39,798 bases of DNA from positions 1-39,798 of the forward strand of contig JACPMW010000003.1 of the NCBI GenBank assembly GCA_016185805.1. The letters run 5' to 3'. This DNA comes from Candidatus Woesearchaeota archaeon (GTDB lineage: Archaea > Nanobdellota > Nanobdellia > Woesearchaeales > GW2011-AR4). Under the pieces are notes generated by a model. It worked only from the letters and a program-made list of their open reading frames with translations. It had not been told where the DNA came from and ran no database searches. Below are positions 31,414 to 39,798 of the stretch, piece after piece. The position numbers were made by a program, and so were the translations under genes. Within the stretch, counting starts at the first letter, position 1. The number at the start of each line of letters is the position of its first letter.

Positions 31414-33369
31414 ATGAATGGCTTCGAGCAGGCGTGCATTGAAATAGCTGAAGAGATTAAAAAATATAATCCAAAAACGCAGCATGAATTGAATCAGCTA
31501 AAATTAAGGGTTTTGAATAAATACAAATCGGATGGATTAAAACAAATCCCGAAAAACGCGGACATTTTTTTTGCAGCATCTGAAAGTGAAAGGGAAAAAT
31601 TCAGGGAGCTGCTTTCTTTAAAGCCAGTCAGGACAATAAGCGGCGTTTCCCCGATTGCGCTGATGTCAGAGCCGTATCCATGCCCCCACACAATGAAAGG
31701 CATCGGCCCTTGTACATATTGTCCCGGTGGGCCTGGAAGCCCTTTTGGCAATGTTCCCCAAAGCTATACAGGCAAAGAGCCTTCAACAAGAAGAAGCATA
31801 AGGAACAATTATGATCCTTATCTCATTGTATTCAACAGGCTCGAGCATTATGTCGCAATGGGCAAAATTCCTGACAAGGCCGAGCTCATTATACAGGGTG
31901 GCACATTCACTTTCTTTCCGAAAGCCTATCAGGAATATTTTGTAAAATACGCCTTGAAAGCGATGAACGACTTCTCAAGATTGTTTTTTGACAGTCATGG
32001 GGCATTGGATATTTTGAAGTTTAAGAAATTCTTTGAGCTGCCAAGGCTGGTTTTAGGAGAGGATGAGAGAACGCAAAAAGTGCATAAAAAATTGACTCAT
32101 ATAAAAAATCTTGACTTGGATGATTTAAAAGCTAAGAAAAATATTGAAGAGTTGTTTTTTAATGGGTTTTTTGATTTTGAAAAAAATAAAAATAATGCGC
32201 TAGGAAAGCAAGAAAATAATCAGCAAAATGAAACAATTGCGTCAGAACAAAATGGATTGCTAACTAGTATTGAATATGCAAATATTCTGGCAATAAAAAA
32301 TCTACAAAACAAGCTAAAAACAGAAAACAATTCAAACTTAACATTAAAGCAAATACAAAAAGGGAATGAAACCGCTTTAATCAGATGCGTCGGCCTTACG
32401 ATAGAGACAAAGAGTGATTTCGGCAAGCTTTACCATGGCAATTTGATGCTGGAATTGGGATGCACGAGGGTTGAGATTGGGATACAGTCAATTTATGACG
32501 AAGTGCTTGAAGCAACAAGCAGGGGCAACACAGTTGCTGACAACATTGAATCAATCAGAATTTTGAAGGACTTGGGATTCAAGATAAATGCGCACTACAT
32601 GCCGGGCTTGCCTTTGACAACAAAGGAGATGGATTTGATTGGATTAAAAACTTTGTTTGAAAATCCGGATTACAAGCCGGATATGCTGAAGCTCTATCCA
32701 TGCATGGTCATGGAAGGCACGAAGCTTTATGATGACTGGAAAAATGGCAAATTCAATCCATTGACAACAAAAGAAGCTGCTGAGATGATATCAGAAGCAA
32801 AGAAATTTGTGCCAAAATGGGTTAGGGTTATGCGAGTACAACGCGATATACCTAGTTATATAACATCAGCAGGTGTTGACCGAACAAACCTAAGGCAGTA
32901 TGTTGAAAAAATCTGCAGGGAAAAAGGAATTAAATGCAGATGCATAAGGTGCAGGGAAGCTGGATTCCATTCAATGGCAAATTTCAACAATATCCAAACA
33001 ACAATAACAGAATATGAAGCTTCTGGCGGAAAAGAATTCTTCATAGCTGCAGAGGATTTGAAAAATGATGTTTTATTCGGCTTTTGCAGATTGAGGTTTC
33101 CATCGCAATTTTTAAGGCCCGAAATAACCGAAAATTCTGCCTTGATTAGGGAATTGCATGTTTTTTCAGCTGCAGCACAGATTGGCAAAAGATCAGATGA
33201 CAGCTTCCAGCACAGAGGCATTGGAAAAAATCTTTTGCTGAAAGCAGAGGAAACTGCAAAACAAAATGGAAAAGACAAAATGGTCATAATTTCAGGAATT
33301 GGAGCAAGGGAATATTTCAGAAAGCTTGGTTATGTACTTGAAGGGCCGTATATGGTTAAGAGGATTTGA
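31414..33369 (+). CDS. elp3: Elp3-type radical-SAM/GNAT tRNA-modification enzyme with a roughly 125-aa low-complexity insertion
   Basis: Blocks RTISGVSPIALM, CPH...CTYCPGG, GCTRVEIGIQS, PDMLKLYPC, QHRGIGKNLL. The insert spans about residues 188-312. Confidence 0.85.
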   Translation: MNGFEQACIEIAEEIKKYNPKTQHELNQLKLRVLNKYKSDGLKQIPKNADIFFAASESEREKFRELLSLKPVRTISGVSPIALMSEPYPCPHTMKGIGPCTYCPGGPGSPFGNVPQSYTGKEPSTRRSIRNNYDPYLIVFNRLEHYVAMGKIPDKAELIIQGGTFTFFPKAYQEYFVKYALKAMNDFSRLFFDSHGALDILKFKKFFELPRLVLGEDERTQKVHKKLTHIKNLDLDDLKAKKNIEELFFNGFFDFEKNKNNALGKQENNQQNETIASEQNGLLTSIEYANILAIKNLQNKLKTENNSNLTLKQIQKGNETALIRCVGLTIETKSDFGKLYHGNLMLELGCTRVEIGIQSIYDEVLEATSRGNTVADNIESIRILKDLGFKINAHYMPGLPLTTKEMDLIGLKTLFENPDYKPDMLKLYPCMVMEGTKLYDDWKNGKFNPLTTKEAAEMISEAKKFVPKWVRVMRVQRDIPSYITSAGVDRTNLRQYVEKICREKGIKCRCIRCREAGFHSMANFNNIQTTITEYEASGGKEFFIAAEDLKNDVLFGFCRLRFPSQFLRPEITENSALIRELHVFSAAAQIGKRSDDSFQHRGIGKNLLLKAEETAKQNGKDKMVIISGIGAREYFRKLGYVLEGPYMVKRI

Positions 33370-34323
33370 ATGGAATCAACCACAGAAAGCGGCAAACAGG
33401 TTTTCTTCAAGCCAAAATTCTTTGAAAGATACTCAAAATTAACAAATTGGCAAGAATTCCAGAAAAGCTCTTTGTCTTTCTTAAGGCGCTCAATAAGAGT
33501 AAATACCTTAAAAATTTCAGTAAAAGAGCTGAAGGAAAGGCTGGAAAAAAACTGGAATCTTGAGGAAATACAGTGGTGCAAAGAAGGATTTTGGATTGAG
33601 CACATAAAAAAGGAAAGAAGGGATATTGGAAACTTGATTGAGCATTCTTTGGGATATTTTTACATACAGGAAGCAGCCTCCATGATTCCACCATTAATCC
33701 TTGAGCCAAAGCCTGATGAAATAGTGCTTGACATTGCAGCATCCCCAGGCTCAAAAACAACTCAAATTGCGCAGTACATGCAAAACCAAGGAATTTTGAT
33801 AGCAAATGACTACACCTATGAAAGGATGAAGCCTCTATCAATCAACCTGCAGAGGTGTGGAGTGGCAAATGCGATAATAACATTGATGGAAGGCCAGTGG
33901 TTCAAAAAGTCCGGGATTGAGTTTGACAGGATTCTAGTCGATGCTCCGTGCTCTGGAACAGGCACGATAAGAAAAAGCCTGAAGACAATAGGAATCTGGA
34001 ATCCCGACATGGTAAGAAGGCTTTCAATAACTCAAAAGCAGCTGATTGAGGCAGGATTTAACTTATTAAAAGAAAACGGCACTTTGGTCTATTCAACATG
34101 CTCTCTTGAGCCCGAGGAAAATGAGGAAGTTGTTGACTTTTTAATCAATAAATACGATAATGCAAAGATTGAAGAAATCAAATTAAGCATCAAAAAAAGC
34201 CCCGCAATCCTGGAGTTTGAAAATAAGAAATATTCGGATGAGATTAAAAAATGTCTCAGAATCTGGCCGCAGGATAATGACACAGAGGGATTCTTTGTTG
34301 CGAAAATTAGACGAAACAGTTAA
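33370..34323 (+). CDS. NOL1/NOP2/Sun-family RNA cytosine-C5 methyltransferase
   Basis: 317 aa. Blocks YIQEAASMIP, LDIAASPGSKT, VDAPCSGTG and YSTCS. Confidence 0.85.
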   Translation: MESTTESGKQVFFKPKFFERYSKLTNWQEFQKSSLSFLRRSIRVNTLKISVKELKERLEKNWNLEEIQWCKEGFWIEHIKKERRDIGNLIEHSLGYFYIQEAASMIPPLILEPKPDEIVLDIAASPGSKTTQIAQYMQNQGILIANDYTYERMKPLSINLQRCGVANAIITLMEGQWFKKSGIEFDRILVDAPCSGTGTIRKSLKTIGIWNPDMVRRLSITQKQLIEAGFNLLKENGTLVYSTCSLEPEENEEVVDFLINKYDNAKIEEIKLSIKKSPAILEFENKKYSDEIKKCLRIWPQDNDTEGFFVAKIRRNS

Positions 34324-34324
34324 G

Positions 34325-34675
34325 TTAGTTTTTATCCAGACTTAATGTGTCATCTTGTATGGATTTATCTTTAGAAACGGCAACAGTTCCAATAGGAAAA
34401 TTGTCATGGCCAAAAATTTCAAGCTCTTCAATATTTGGCCTTAACTTTTTAATTCCTCTTGAAGGTTCTTCACGAAGGCATTTGCCAATCAGAGAGCTTT
34501 GAATGTCCGCACCAGGAACAAAATAAAATCCATCCGGCCTTCTTTGTATTAACCCTATCAAGAAGTTGTTGGTTGATCCATGATTTATCGGGTATATTTC
34601 ACCTGTGTTTTGCAAAACACAGCTTTCTGATAATCCAAACTGGTCTGGAAGCTTGCTTGTATAATTTACTCTCAT
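34325..34675 (-). CDS. Hypothetical protein
   Basis: 116-aa ORF with no motif recognised. Confidence 0.35.
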   Translation of the reverse strand: MRVNYTSKLPDQFGLSESCVLQNTGEIYPINHGSTNNFLIGLIQRRPDGFYFVPGADIQSSLIGKCLREEPSRGIKKLRPNIEELEIFGHDNFPIGTVAVSKDKSIQDDTLSLDKN

Positions 34676-34687
34676 AGAAAATCTTGT

Positions 34688-35218
34688 CTAAGCCTTTCCG
34701 CTTGCCCCGTTCCTCAATCCATTCATCTGGAGCTCCTTGATCTTGCTTCTCAGGAATTCAATTGTTTTGGTATTATCCTGATGGTTCAGTATGTTCCCGC
34801 ACTCCGGGCACCTGTACTCAAGGTCAACAGCCTTCTCAAATCCGACCCTTACGCATGCATTCGGGCACAGGTAAAAGTTGCCTAGGTTTGCTTCCTCTTC
34901 CTTGAGCCTGTAGGTATACTTTGACAGCTTTTCCCTGTTTGTCTTGTCAAGCAGTTCCTTTACTTTCCTCTTGTTGAAAGTCCAGTAGCTGATGTACCAT
35001 CCCTTCTGCCTATCCTTTTTCCTGTAATAGCTCACAAGGTTAAAGTTGTAAAGCCTGTAAAGAATGTTCCTCACATCATGGATGTCCCTGTCAACCTTCT
35101 CTGCTATCTTGAAATCAGAAATGTTTTTCTTGTCTTTGAGGTACTCAATTATTTCCAAAGAATCTTCCCCGATTACTTCTTCTACACTTCCTATGCCTTT
35201 CCACCCCATTTTCTCCAA
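34688..35218 (-). CDS. tfe: Transcription factor E (TFIIE-alpha homologue)
   Basis: The winged helix reads DFKIAEKVDRDIHDVRNILYRLYNFNLVSYYRKKDRQKGWYISYWTF. The zinc ribbon has CPNAC...YRCPECG. Confidence 0.85.
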   Translation of the reverse strand: MEKMGWKGIGSVEEVIGEDSLEIIEYLKDKKNISDFKIAEKVDRDIHDVRNILYRLYNFNLVSYYRKKDRQKGWYISYWTFNKRKVKELLDKTNREKLSKYTYRLKEEEANLGNFYLCPNACVRVGFEKAVDLEYRCPECGNILNHQDNTKTIEFLRSKIKELQMNGLRNGASGKA

Positions 35219-35405
35219 TATATTGGAGACTGATAAACATGAATTGCAATAGATTAGAAATACTATTGCATATGGAATGAGTACTTGTTATATATAAAGT
35301 TTATTATTGTATAATATATATATTTTAAAATAGAGAATATATAGTATAGCCAGTATTTAAAGGTTTCTGTCAAGTTTTTAATATGAGTCCAGATTTCAAT
35401 GAGTA

Positions 35406-35825
35406 ATGCCAAAAGAAAAGAGCTGCGGTGCTGTAGTGTTTAAAAGATACAAGGACGGCATCAAGTACCTTCTTCTGCATTATGAATCAGGCCACTGGGA
35501 TTTTCCAAAAGGCAACCAGGAGAAGAATGAAAAGGAGGAGCAGACAGCCTTAAGGGAAATAAAGGAGGAAACGGGCCTGGAGAATGTTGAATTTGTTGAT
35601 GGCTTTAGGGAAACAGTGACATATTATTATAAAAGAGACAATGAAACCATATTCAAGGAGGTTGCCTTCTTTCTTGCACAGTCAGCAACTGATGAAGTGA
35701 CAATCTCAAAAGAGCATATCGGTTATGCATGGCTCAATTACGGGCATGCTTTGAAAAAGCTGACTTTCAGCAATGCAAAGGAATTGCTGAAAAAAGCCGA
35801 TAATTTTCTGCATAAAGCACAATAA
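35406..35825 (+). CDS. Nudix hydrolase
   Basis: 139 aa with the Nudix box GHWDFPKGNQEKNEKEEQTALREIKEETG. Confidence 0.85.
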   Translation: MPKEKSCGAVVFKRYKDGIKYLLLHYESGHWDFPKGNQEKNEKEEQTALREIKEETGLENVEFVDGFRETVTYYYKRDNETIFKEVAFFLAQSATDEVTISKEHIGYAWLNYGHALKKLTFSNAKELLKKADNFLHKAQ

Positions 35826-35852
35826 AAAGTCAAATAAATATATAATTTAAAA

Positions 35853-35971
35853 CCCGAAAACGACCTCTGGAACCAAAAGCGTTGGAGGTGACCCGTTTTT
35901 TATGCAAAAAGCAAAACTATGAGGGGCACCCATTATGATATACTTTGCATGGGTCTCTTTCGGGATTGAAA
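35853..35971 (+). ncRNA. Structured intergenic element, copy 3 of 3 (shorter candidate ncRNA)
   Basis: The 5' hairpin is GAAAACG-ACCTC...GAGGT-GACC-CGTTTTT followed by a T-run. Long-range pairing is possible between CCCGAAA (35853-35859) and TTTCGGG (35958-35964). It ends in GATTGAAA like the other copies. Confidence 0.45.
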
Positions 35972-36055
35972 TTTTTTATTCACAATATAGATTTTTCTGA
36001 ATACTTTAAAACTCATACCAAAATTTTAAATAGGATTTAAAAAACATTTATTTTG

Positions 36056-37774
36056 ATGAAAAACCTTGAAGTGGCAGAGCTCCTCAACGAGATAGCAGAC
36101 TACCTTGAATTCAGCACAGATGCAAAAGACAGGTTTAAGGTAAGGGCTTACAGGAAAGCAGCTTTGGTTATTGAGGGGCTTTCTGAGGACATTGAGCAGG
36201 TTTGGAAAGAAAGCAGATTGGAAGAGCTGCCAAGCATTGGGGAAGGAATAGCGAAGAAAATTGACGATTTCCTCAAAAACAATAAGTCAAAATATCTTGA
36301 GGAATTGAAGGAAAGAATCCCTGTTGACATGGAAGGCCTTGGAAGAGTTGGAGGTTTAGGCCCGAAGACAATTCTAAAGCTCTATAAACAGCTAAAAATC
36401 AAGACAGTTGATGAATTGGAAAAGGCTGCTAAGCAAGGCAAGATACAAAAGATACAAAGGCTTGGCCCTGTTGTTGAGAAGAACATATTGAAAAGCATAG
36501 AATTCTCAAGAAAATCCATAAGAATTCCTATAGGCTTCGCGCTTGCAAGCGCTGAAGAAATCATAAGGGAGATGAAAAGCTGCAGGGAAGTGCAGAGAGT
36601 GAGCATTGCAGGCTCTACAAGAAGAATGAAGGAGACAATTGGGGACATAGACATACTTGCAACTTCAAAAGCCCCTGAAAAGGTTGTTGAATTTTTTTCA
36701 AAGATGCCGAATGTGGCTGATATACTTGCTAAAGGCCCTACAAAATCCTCTGTAAGGCTGAAGGAAGGAATTCAGGCTGACTTGAGAGTGCTTGACGACA
36801 AGATTTTCGGGGCTGCCTTATTATATTTCACAGGCAACAAGGAGCACAACATTATGCTGAGAAGGATTGCAATTGAAAAAGGCTTCAAGCTCAGCGAATA
36901 TGGGCTTTTTGACAAGAGAACTGGCAAATTAATTTCTGGCGTGACAGAAGAAGGCATATACAAAAAGCTGGGCATGGACTACATTGAGCCGGAAATGAGG
37001 GAGGATGAAGGCGAGATTGAAATGGCGCAGCACCACATGCTGCCAAAATTGCTCAGTTACAATGACATAAAAGGGGATTTGCAGATGCACACCAAATGGA
37101 GCGATGGAAACAGCACAATAGAAGAGATGGCGATTGCTGCAAAGAAACTGGGGCATGAGTACATTTGCATAACAGACCATACAGGAGCTCTTGCAATAGC
37201 AAGGGCATTGGATGAAAAAAGAATTGTTGAGCAGAGAAAAGAAATTGAGAAAATCAATAAAAAAATAAGCGGAATCACCATATTACAGGGTGCTGAGGTC
37301 AATATCAAGGATGACGGCAGCCTTGACACGCCTAACGGTATGTTGAAGGAGCTTGACATTGTTGTTGCAGCAATTCATTCCGGCTTCAAGAACCCAAAGG
37401 AAAAAATAACAGCTCGCATGGTTAAGGCAATGGAAAATGAGCATGTTGACATCATTGCACATCCAACCGGCAGGCTCCTGACAAAAAGGGAAGGCTATGA
37501 AATTGACTTGGACAAAGTCTTTGAGGCAGCAAAAAAAACAAGAACAATAATGGAGATAAACGCCTATCCTGAAAGGATTGACTTGAGGGATGCTGATGCA
37601 AGGGCTGCTGTAAAGGCAGGCGTAAAATTAGCAATAAGCACAGATGCCCACAGCACAGGCCAGCTTCATTTCATGAAGATTGGAATCGGGACAGCAAGAA
37701 GGGCATGGGCAGCAAAAAGCGACATCATCAACACAAGAAGCTTGAAGGATATGATGAGGATGCTGAAGCGCTGA
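36056..37774 (+). CDS. polX: Family X DNA polymerase with C-terminal PHP domain
   Basis: Blocks RFKVRAYRKAA, GIGEGIAKKI, AGSTRRMKETIGDIDILA and the PHP motif GDLQMHTKWSDG...ITDH. Confidence 0.9.
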   Translation: MKNLEVAELLNEIADYLEFSTDAKDRFKVRAYRKAALVIEGLSEDIEQVWKESRLEELPSIGEGIAKKIDDFLKNNKSKYLEELKERIPVDMEGLGRVGGLGPKTILKLYKQLKIKTVDELEKAAKQGKIQKIQRLGPVVEKNILKSIEFSRKSIRIPIGFALASAEEIIREMKSCREVQRVSIAGSTRRMKETIGDIDILATSKAPEKVVEFFSKMPNVADILAKGPTKSSVRLKEGIQADLRVLDDKIFGAALLYFTGNKEHNIMLRRIAIEKGFKLSEYGLFDKRTGKLISGVTEEGIYKKLGMDYIEPEMREDEGEIEMAQHHMLPKLLSYNDIKGDLQMHTKWSDGNSTIEEMAIAAKKLGHEYICITDHTGALAIARALDEKRIVEQRKEIEKINKKISGITILQGAEVNIKDDGSLDTPNGMLKELDIVVAAIHSGFKNPKEKITARMVKAMENEHVDIIAHPTGRLLTKREGYEIDLDKVFEAAKKTRTIMEINAYPERIDLRDADARAAVKAGVKLAISTDAHSTGQLHFMKIGIGTARRAWAAKSDIINTRSLKDMMRMLKR

Positions 37775-37814
37775 CCCACAATCTTTTTATATTACTTAAG
37801 TCTTTTTTGATTTT

Positions 37815-38807
37815 ATGATTAATGTCGCAATCAACGGTTTCGGTAGGATTGGTCGCTTAGTTCTTAGAGCAGGAATAAAAGACAAAAGGATAAGATGGGT
37901 TTGCGTCAATGACGTGACAGACGCGAAAACTCTTGCTCACTTATTCAAGTACGATTCTGTGCATGGGAAGTATGACGGCAAAGTTGAGCATACAGACAAT
38001 TCTTTAGTTATTGACGGAAAAAAAATAAAAGTGCTTTCCATTTTGGATCCCAAGCAGCTTCCTTGGAAAAGCATGAAGATTGATGTTGTTGTTGAGAGCA
38101 CAGGAAAATTTACCGACAGAGAAGGAGCACAACAGCACCTGAATGCGGGCGCAAAAAAGGTTTTGATTTCAGCACCTGCAAAAAATCCCGACATCACGAT
38201 TGTCATGGGCGTGAATGACAAAATGTATAATAAAAAAAAGCATCATATTGTAAGCAATGCCTCCTGCACGACAAACTGCCTTGCGCCTGTTGTCAAAATC
38301 CTGCATGATACTTTTGGCGTGAAAAGAGGCTTCATGACAACAATCCATGCCTACACAGCAGACCAAAGACTGGTGGATGCTCCCCACAAGGATTTGAGGA
38401 GGGGAAGGCATGCCGCTTTGTCAATAATCCCGACAACAACAGGCGCTGCAAAGACTGTTGCTGAAGTTATTCCGGAGCTGAAAGGAAAATTGGATGGCCT
38501 GGCATTCAGAGTTCCAGTTGCAACAGGCTCTGTGACAGACTTTGTATGCGAGCTTGAAAAGAAAGCAACAAAAGATGCTGTAAACAATGCGTTCAGGAAA
38601 GCTGCAGGCAAATTAAAGGGCATTTTGGAGTATTCAGTTGAATCTATTGTATCAGCTGACATAAGGACAAACCCGAATTCCTCGATTTTTGATTCTGAAC
38701 TGACAAATATGGTTGAAGGCAATTTTGTAAAAGTCATCGCATGGTACGACAATGAATGGGGATTCAGCAAAAGGATGGTTGATGTGATTAAGCTGATTGG
38801 GAAATAA
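37815..38807 (+). CDS. gap: Glyceraldehyde-3-phosphate dehydrogenase, class I (bacterial/eukaryal type)
   Basis: Blocks [21 protein letters not shown] and WYDNEWGFS. Confidence 0.9.
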   Translation: MINVAINGFGRIGRLVLRAGIKDKRIRWVCVNDVTDAKTLAHLFKYDSVHGKYDGKVEHTDNSLVIDGKKIKVLSILDPKQLPWKSMKIDVVVESTGKFTDREGAQQHLNAGAKKVLISAPAKNPDITIVMGVNDKMYNKKKHHIVSNASCTTNCLAPVVKILHDTFGVKRGFMTTIHAYTADQRLVDAPHKDLRRGRHAALSIIPTTTGAAKTVAEVIPELKGKLDGLAFRVPVATGSVTDFVCELEKKATKDAVNNAFRKAAGKLKGILEYSVESIVSADIRTNPNSSIFDSELTNMVEGNFVKVIAWYDNEWGFSKRMVDVIKLIGK

Positions 38808-38808
38808 T

Positions 38809-39351
38809 TCAGGCCTTTCTGTAATGCTGGATTGCAAACATCTGTATGTGGCCTGCCCAATACTCCCTTGAGCCATAAGCCAAATATTTCAAGCCTGACG
38901 CCAAGCTTCCTGCAATGCTTCCGGCAGCAAAGCCCACTAAAGCACCCTCTCCAGCCCTAAGAAAAGTCCTTCTGTCGATTGCTCTTCTGTTTGTGTCATG
39001 CACTATCACAGCAAGGGGAACAAAGGCCATTTCTGCAACACCGTATGACAATGCGTTATTAATTGAAGTCTCATGATCCTCTGTAAATAACGGGCCCAAA
39101 AGCCTTTCGAGGTCAGGAAGCTTTTCTCTTAATTGTGGATCAACTGTATGGGGGACAAAAGATTTTGATTTAAGCTCCCTAAGAGTTTGCATATAATTGG
39201 TTAGACTGTCTTCACCTTTCACTACTTTTCTAAGCAGGGAGGTTGCCCTGAGATACCTTTCAAACACTTCCTTCTTTCTTGCAATTTCACGGGCAGGCTC
39301 TAAATTAAGCTCCTCAATATCCCTGAATTCCTTGGCCAAATATCGTATCAT
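38809..39351 (-). CDS. Hypothetical protein with a C-terminal Gly/Ala-rich hydrophobic segment
   Basis: 180-aa ORF containing GALVGFAAGSIAGSLASG. No family recognised. Confidence 0.35.
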   Translation of the reverse strand: MIRYLAKEFRDIEELNLEPAREIARKKEVFERYLRATSLLRKVVKGEDSLTNYMQTLRELKSKSFVPHTVDPQLREKLPDLERLLGPLFTEDHETSINNALSYGVAEMAFVPLAVIVHDTNRRAIDRRTFLRAGEGALVGFAAGSIAGSLASGLKYLAYGSREYWAGHIQMFAIQHYRKA

Positions 39352-39465
39352 ATTGCCTTGGTTATTGTACTCCCATTTATAAAGTTTTCAGGATGCCGGC
39401 TCTAGTAAAGAAACAAAAAAATTACATAGCAAAGATATATATCTTATTCCAAATTTGTTCATTTC

Positions 39466-39798
39466 ATGTACAAAATCAAGCAGCTTCCGGAAGATTTCAT
39501 AGTAAAGGAAATAAGTAATGTAAAGATGGATAATGGTCAATACGCTTATTTCATTCTCAAAAAAACTGGCTACACGACCATAGGATCTTTACAAATCATG
39601 TCAAAAAAATTTAAAATTCCACTAAAAAGCTTTGGCTTTGCAGGCAACAAGGACAAAAATGCAGTTACAGGGCAGAAAATATCAATATTCCGAGGAAGCA
39701 GGCATTTCGAGAATATGGAATTTAAAGGCATTGGATTGGAATATCTCGGCAACGGAAAAGAGCCGATTTCTTTAGGTGATTTGGATGGCAATGAGTTT
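39466..39798 (+). CDS. truD: tRNA pseudouridine synthase TruD/Pus7 family, N-terminal fragment (3' end outside window)
   Basis: ATG at 39466. The translation reads MYKIKQLPEDFIVKEI...FGFAGNKDKNAVTGQ. The frame is open to the window end, so it is absent from the ORF track. Confidence 0.7.
   Translation, partial: MYKIKQLPEDFIVKEISNVKMDNGQYAYFILKKTGYTTIGSLQIMSKKFKIPLKSFGFAGNKDKNAVTGQKISIFRGSRHFENMEFKGIGLEYLGNGKEPISLGDLDGNEF

Noticed and set aside
35243-35268. Perfect 8-bp inverted repeat TGCAATAG / CTATTGCA in the tfe-Nudix divergent spacer.
   Set aside because: It is a single short palindrome in very AT-rich DNA with no second copy, so the support is too weak to call an operator.
1-39798. CRISPR arrays, rRNA genes, IS elements with a transposase, and prophage structural genes.
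   Set aside because: None seen. There are no short regularly spaced direct repeats with unique spacers, no rRNA-like conserved stretches, and no transposase, capsid or terminase-like translations.

Overview
Low-GC archaeal chromosome segment, probably from a small-genome DPANN-like lineage. The archaeal call rests on an archaeal histone, TFE, Elp3, archaeal-type GluRS, DtdA, the ftsZ-secE-spt5-rpl11 cluster and intron-split tRNA genes. All protein calls come from reading the translations by eye; no searches were run.

Most of the window (10.06-39.8 kb) is housekeeping:
- Translation, tRNA-related and ribosomal genes: gltX, rpl11, dtdA, elp3, a NOL1/NOP2/Sun methyltransferase, truD.
- Division, secretion and transcription genes: ftsZ, secE, spt5, tfe, a histone.
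- Other core genes: cmk, an FKBP isomerase, a P-type ATPase, a Nudix hydrolase, PolX, gap.

The stand-out region is 2.3-10.06 kb. Next to a Xer-length tyrosine recombinase gene lie five AT-richer gene cassettes:
- Cargo is a Mrr-like nuclease with an HExxH protein, membrane proteins, a RelE toxin with a small convergent ORF, and an Ig-like lipoprotein.
- The cassettes are separated by six directly oriented core sites of 7-nt inverted arms around a 6-nt asymmetric spacer (TWTAA-CARGNR-TTAWA).
- The half-sites flanking each cassette are reverse complements of each other. Each cassette also carries its own 13-16 bp perfect inverted repeats.
- Three junctions are preceded by a palindrome and an 8-bp hairpin whose stems co-vary.
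- Together this looks like an integron- or dif-module-like cassette platform run by a Xer-type enzyme.

Other notable items:
- All three clear tRNA genes carry non-canonical introns: Met with a 97-nt D-loop intron plus an anticodon-loop intron, and Ala and Leu with T-arm introns.
- An odd tRNA-like gene has a possible CUA anticodon.
- A three-copy structured intergenic RNA-like element shows compensatory stem changes.
- A three-copy promoter-proximal CTGGACA element sits before the recombinase gene, a LAGLIDADG/HTH gene and tRNA-Leu.
- An AT-rich insertion with a LAGLIDADG-like gene splits spt5 from rpl11.
- L11 carries a roughly 100-aa stalk-like C-terminal extension.
- Helically phased ATAAGTA repeats lie in one divergent promoter region.
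- Two genes are frameshifted or split.
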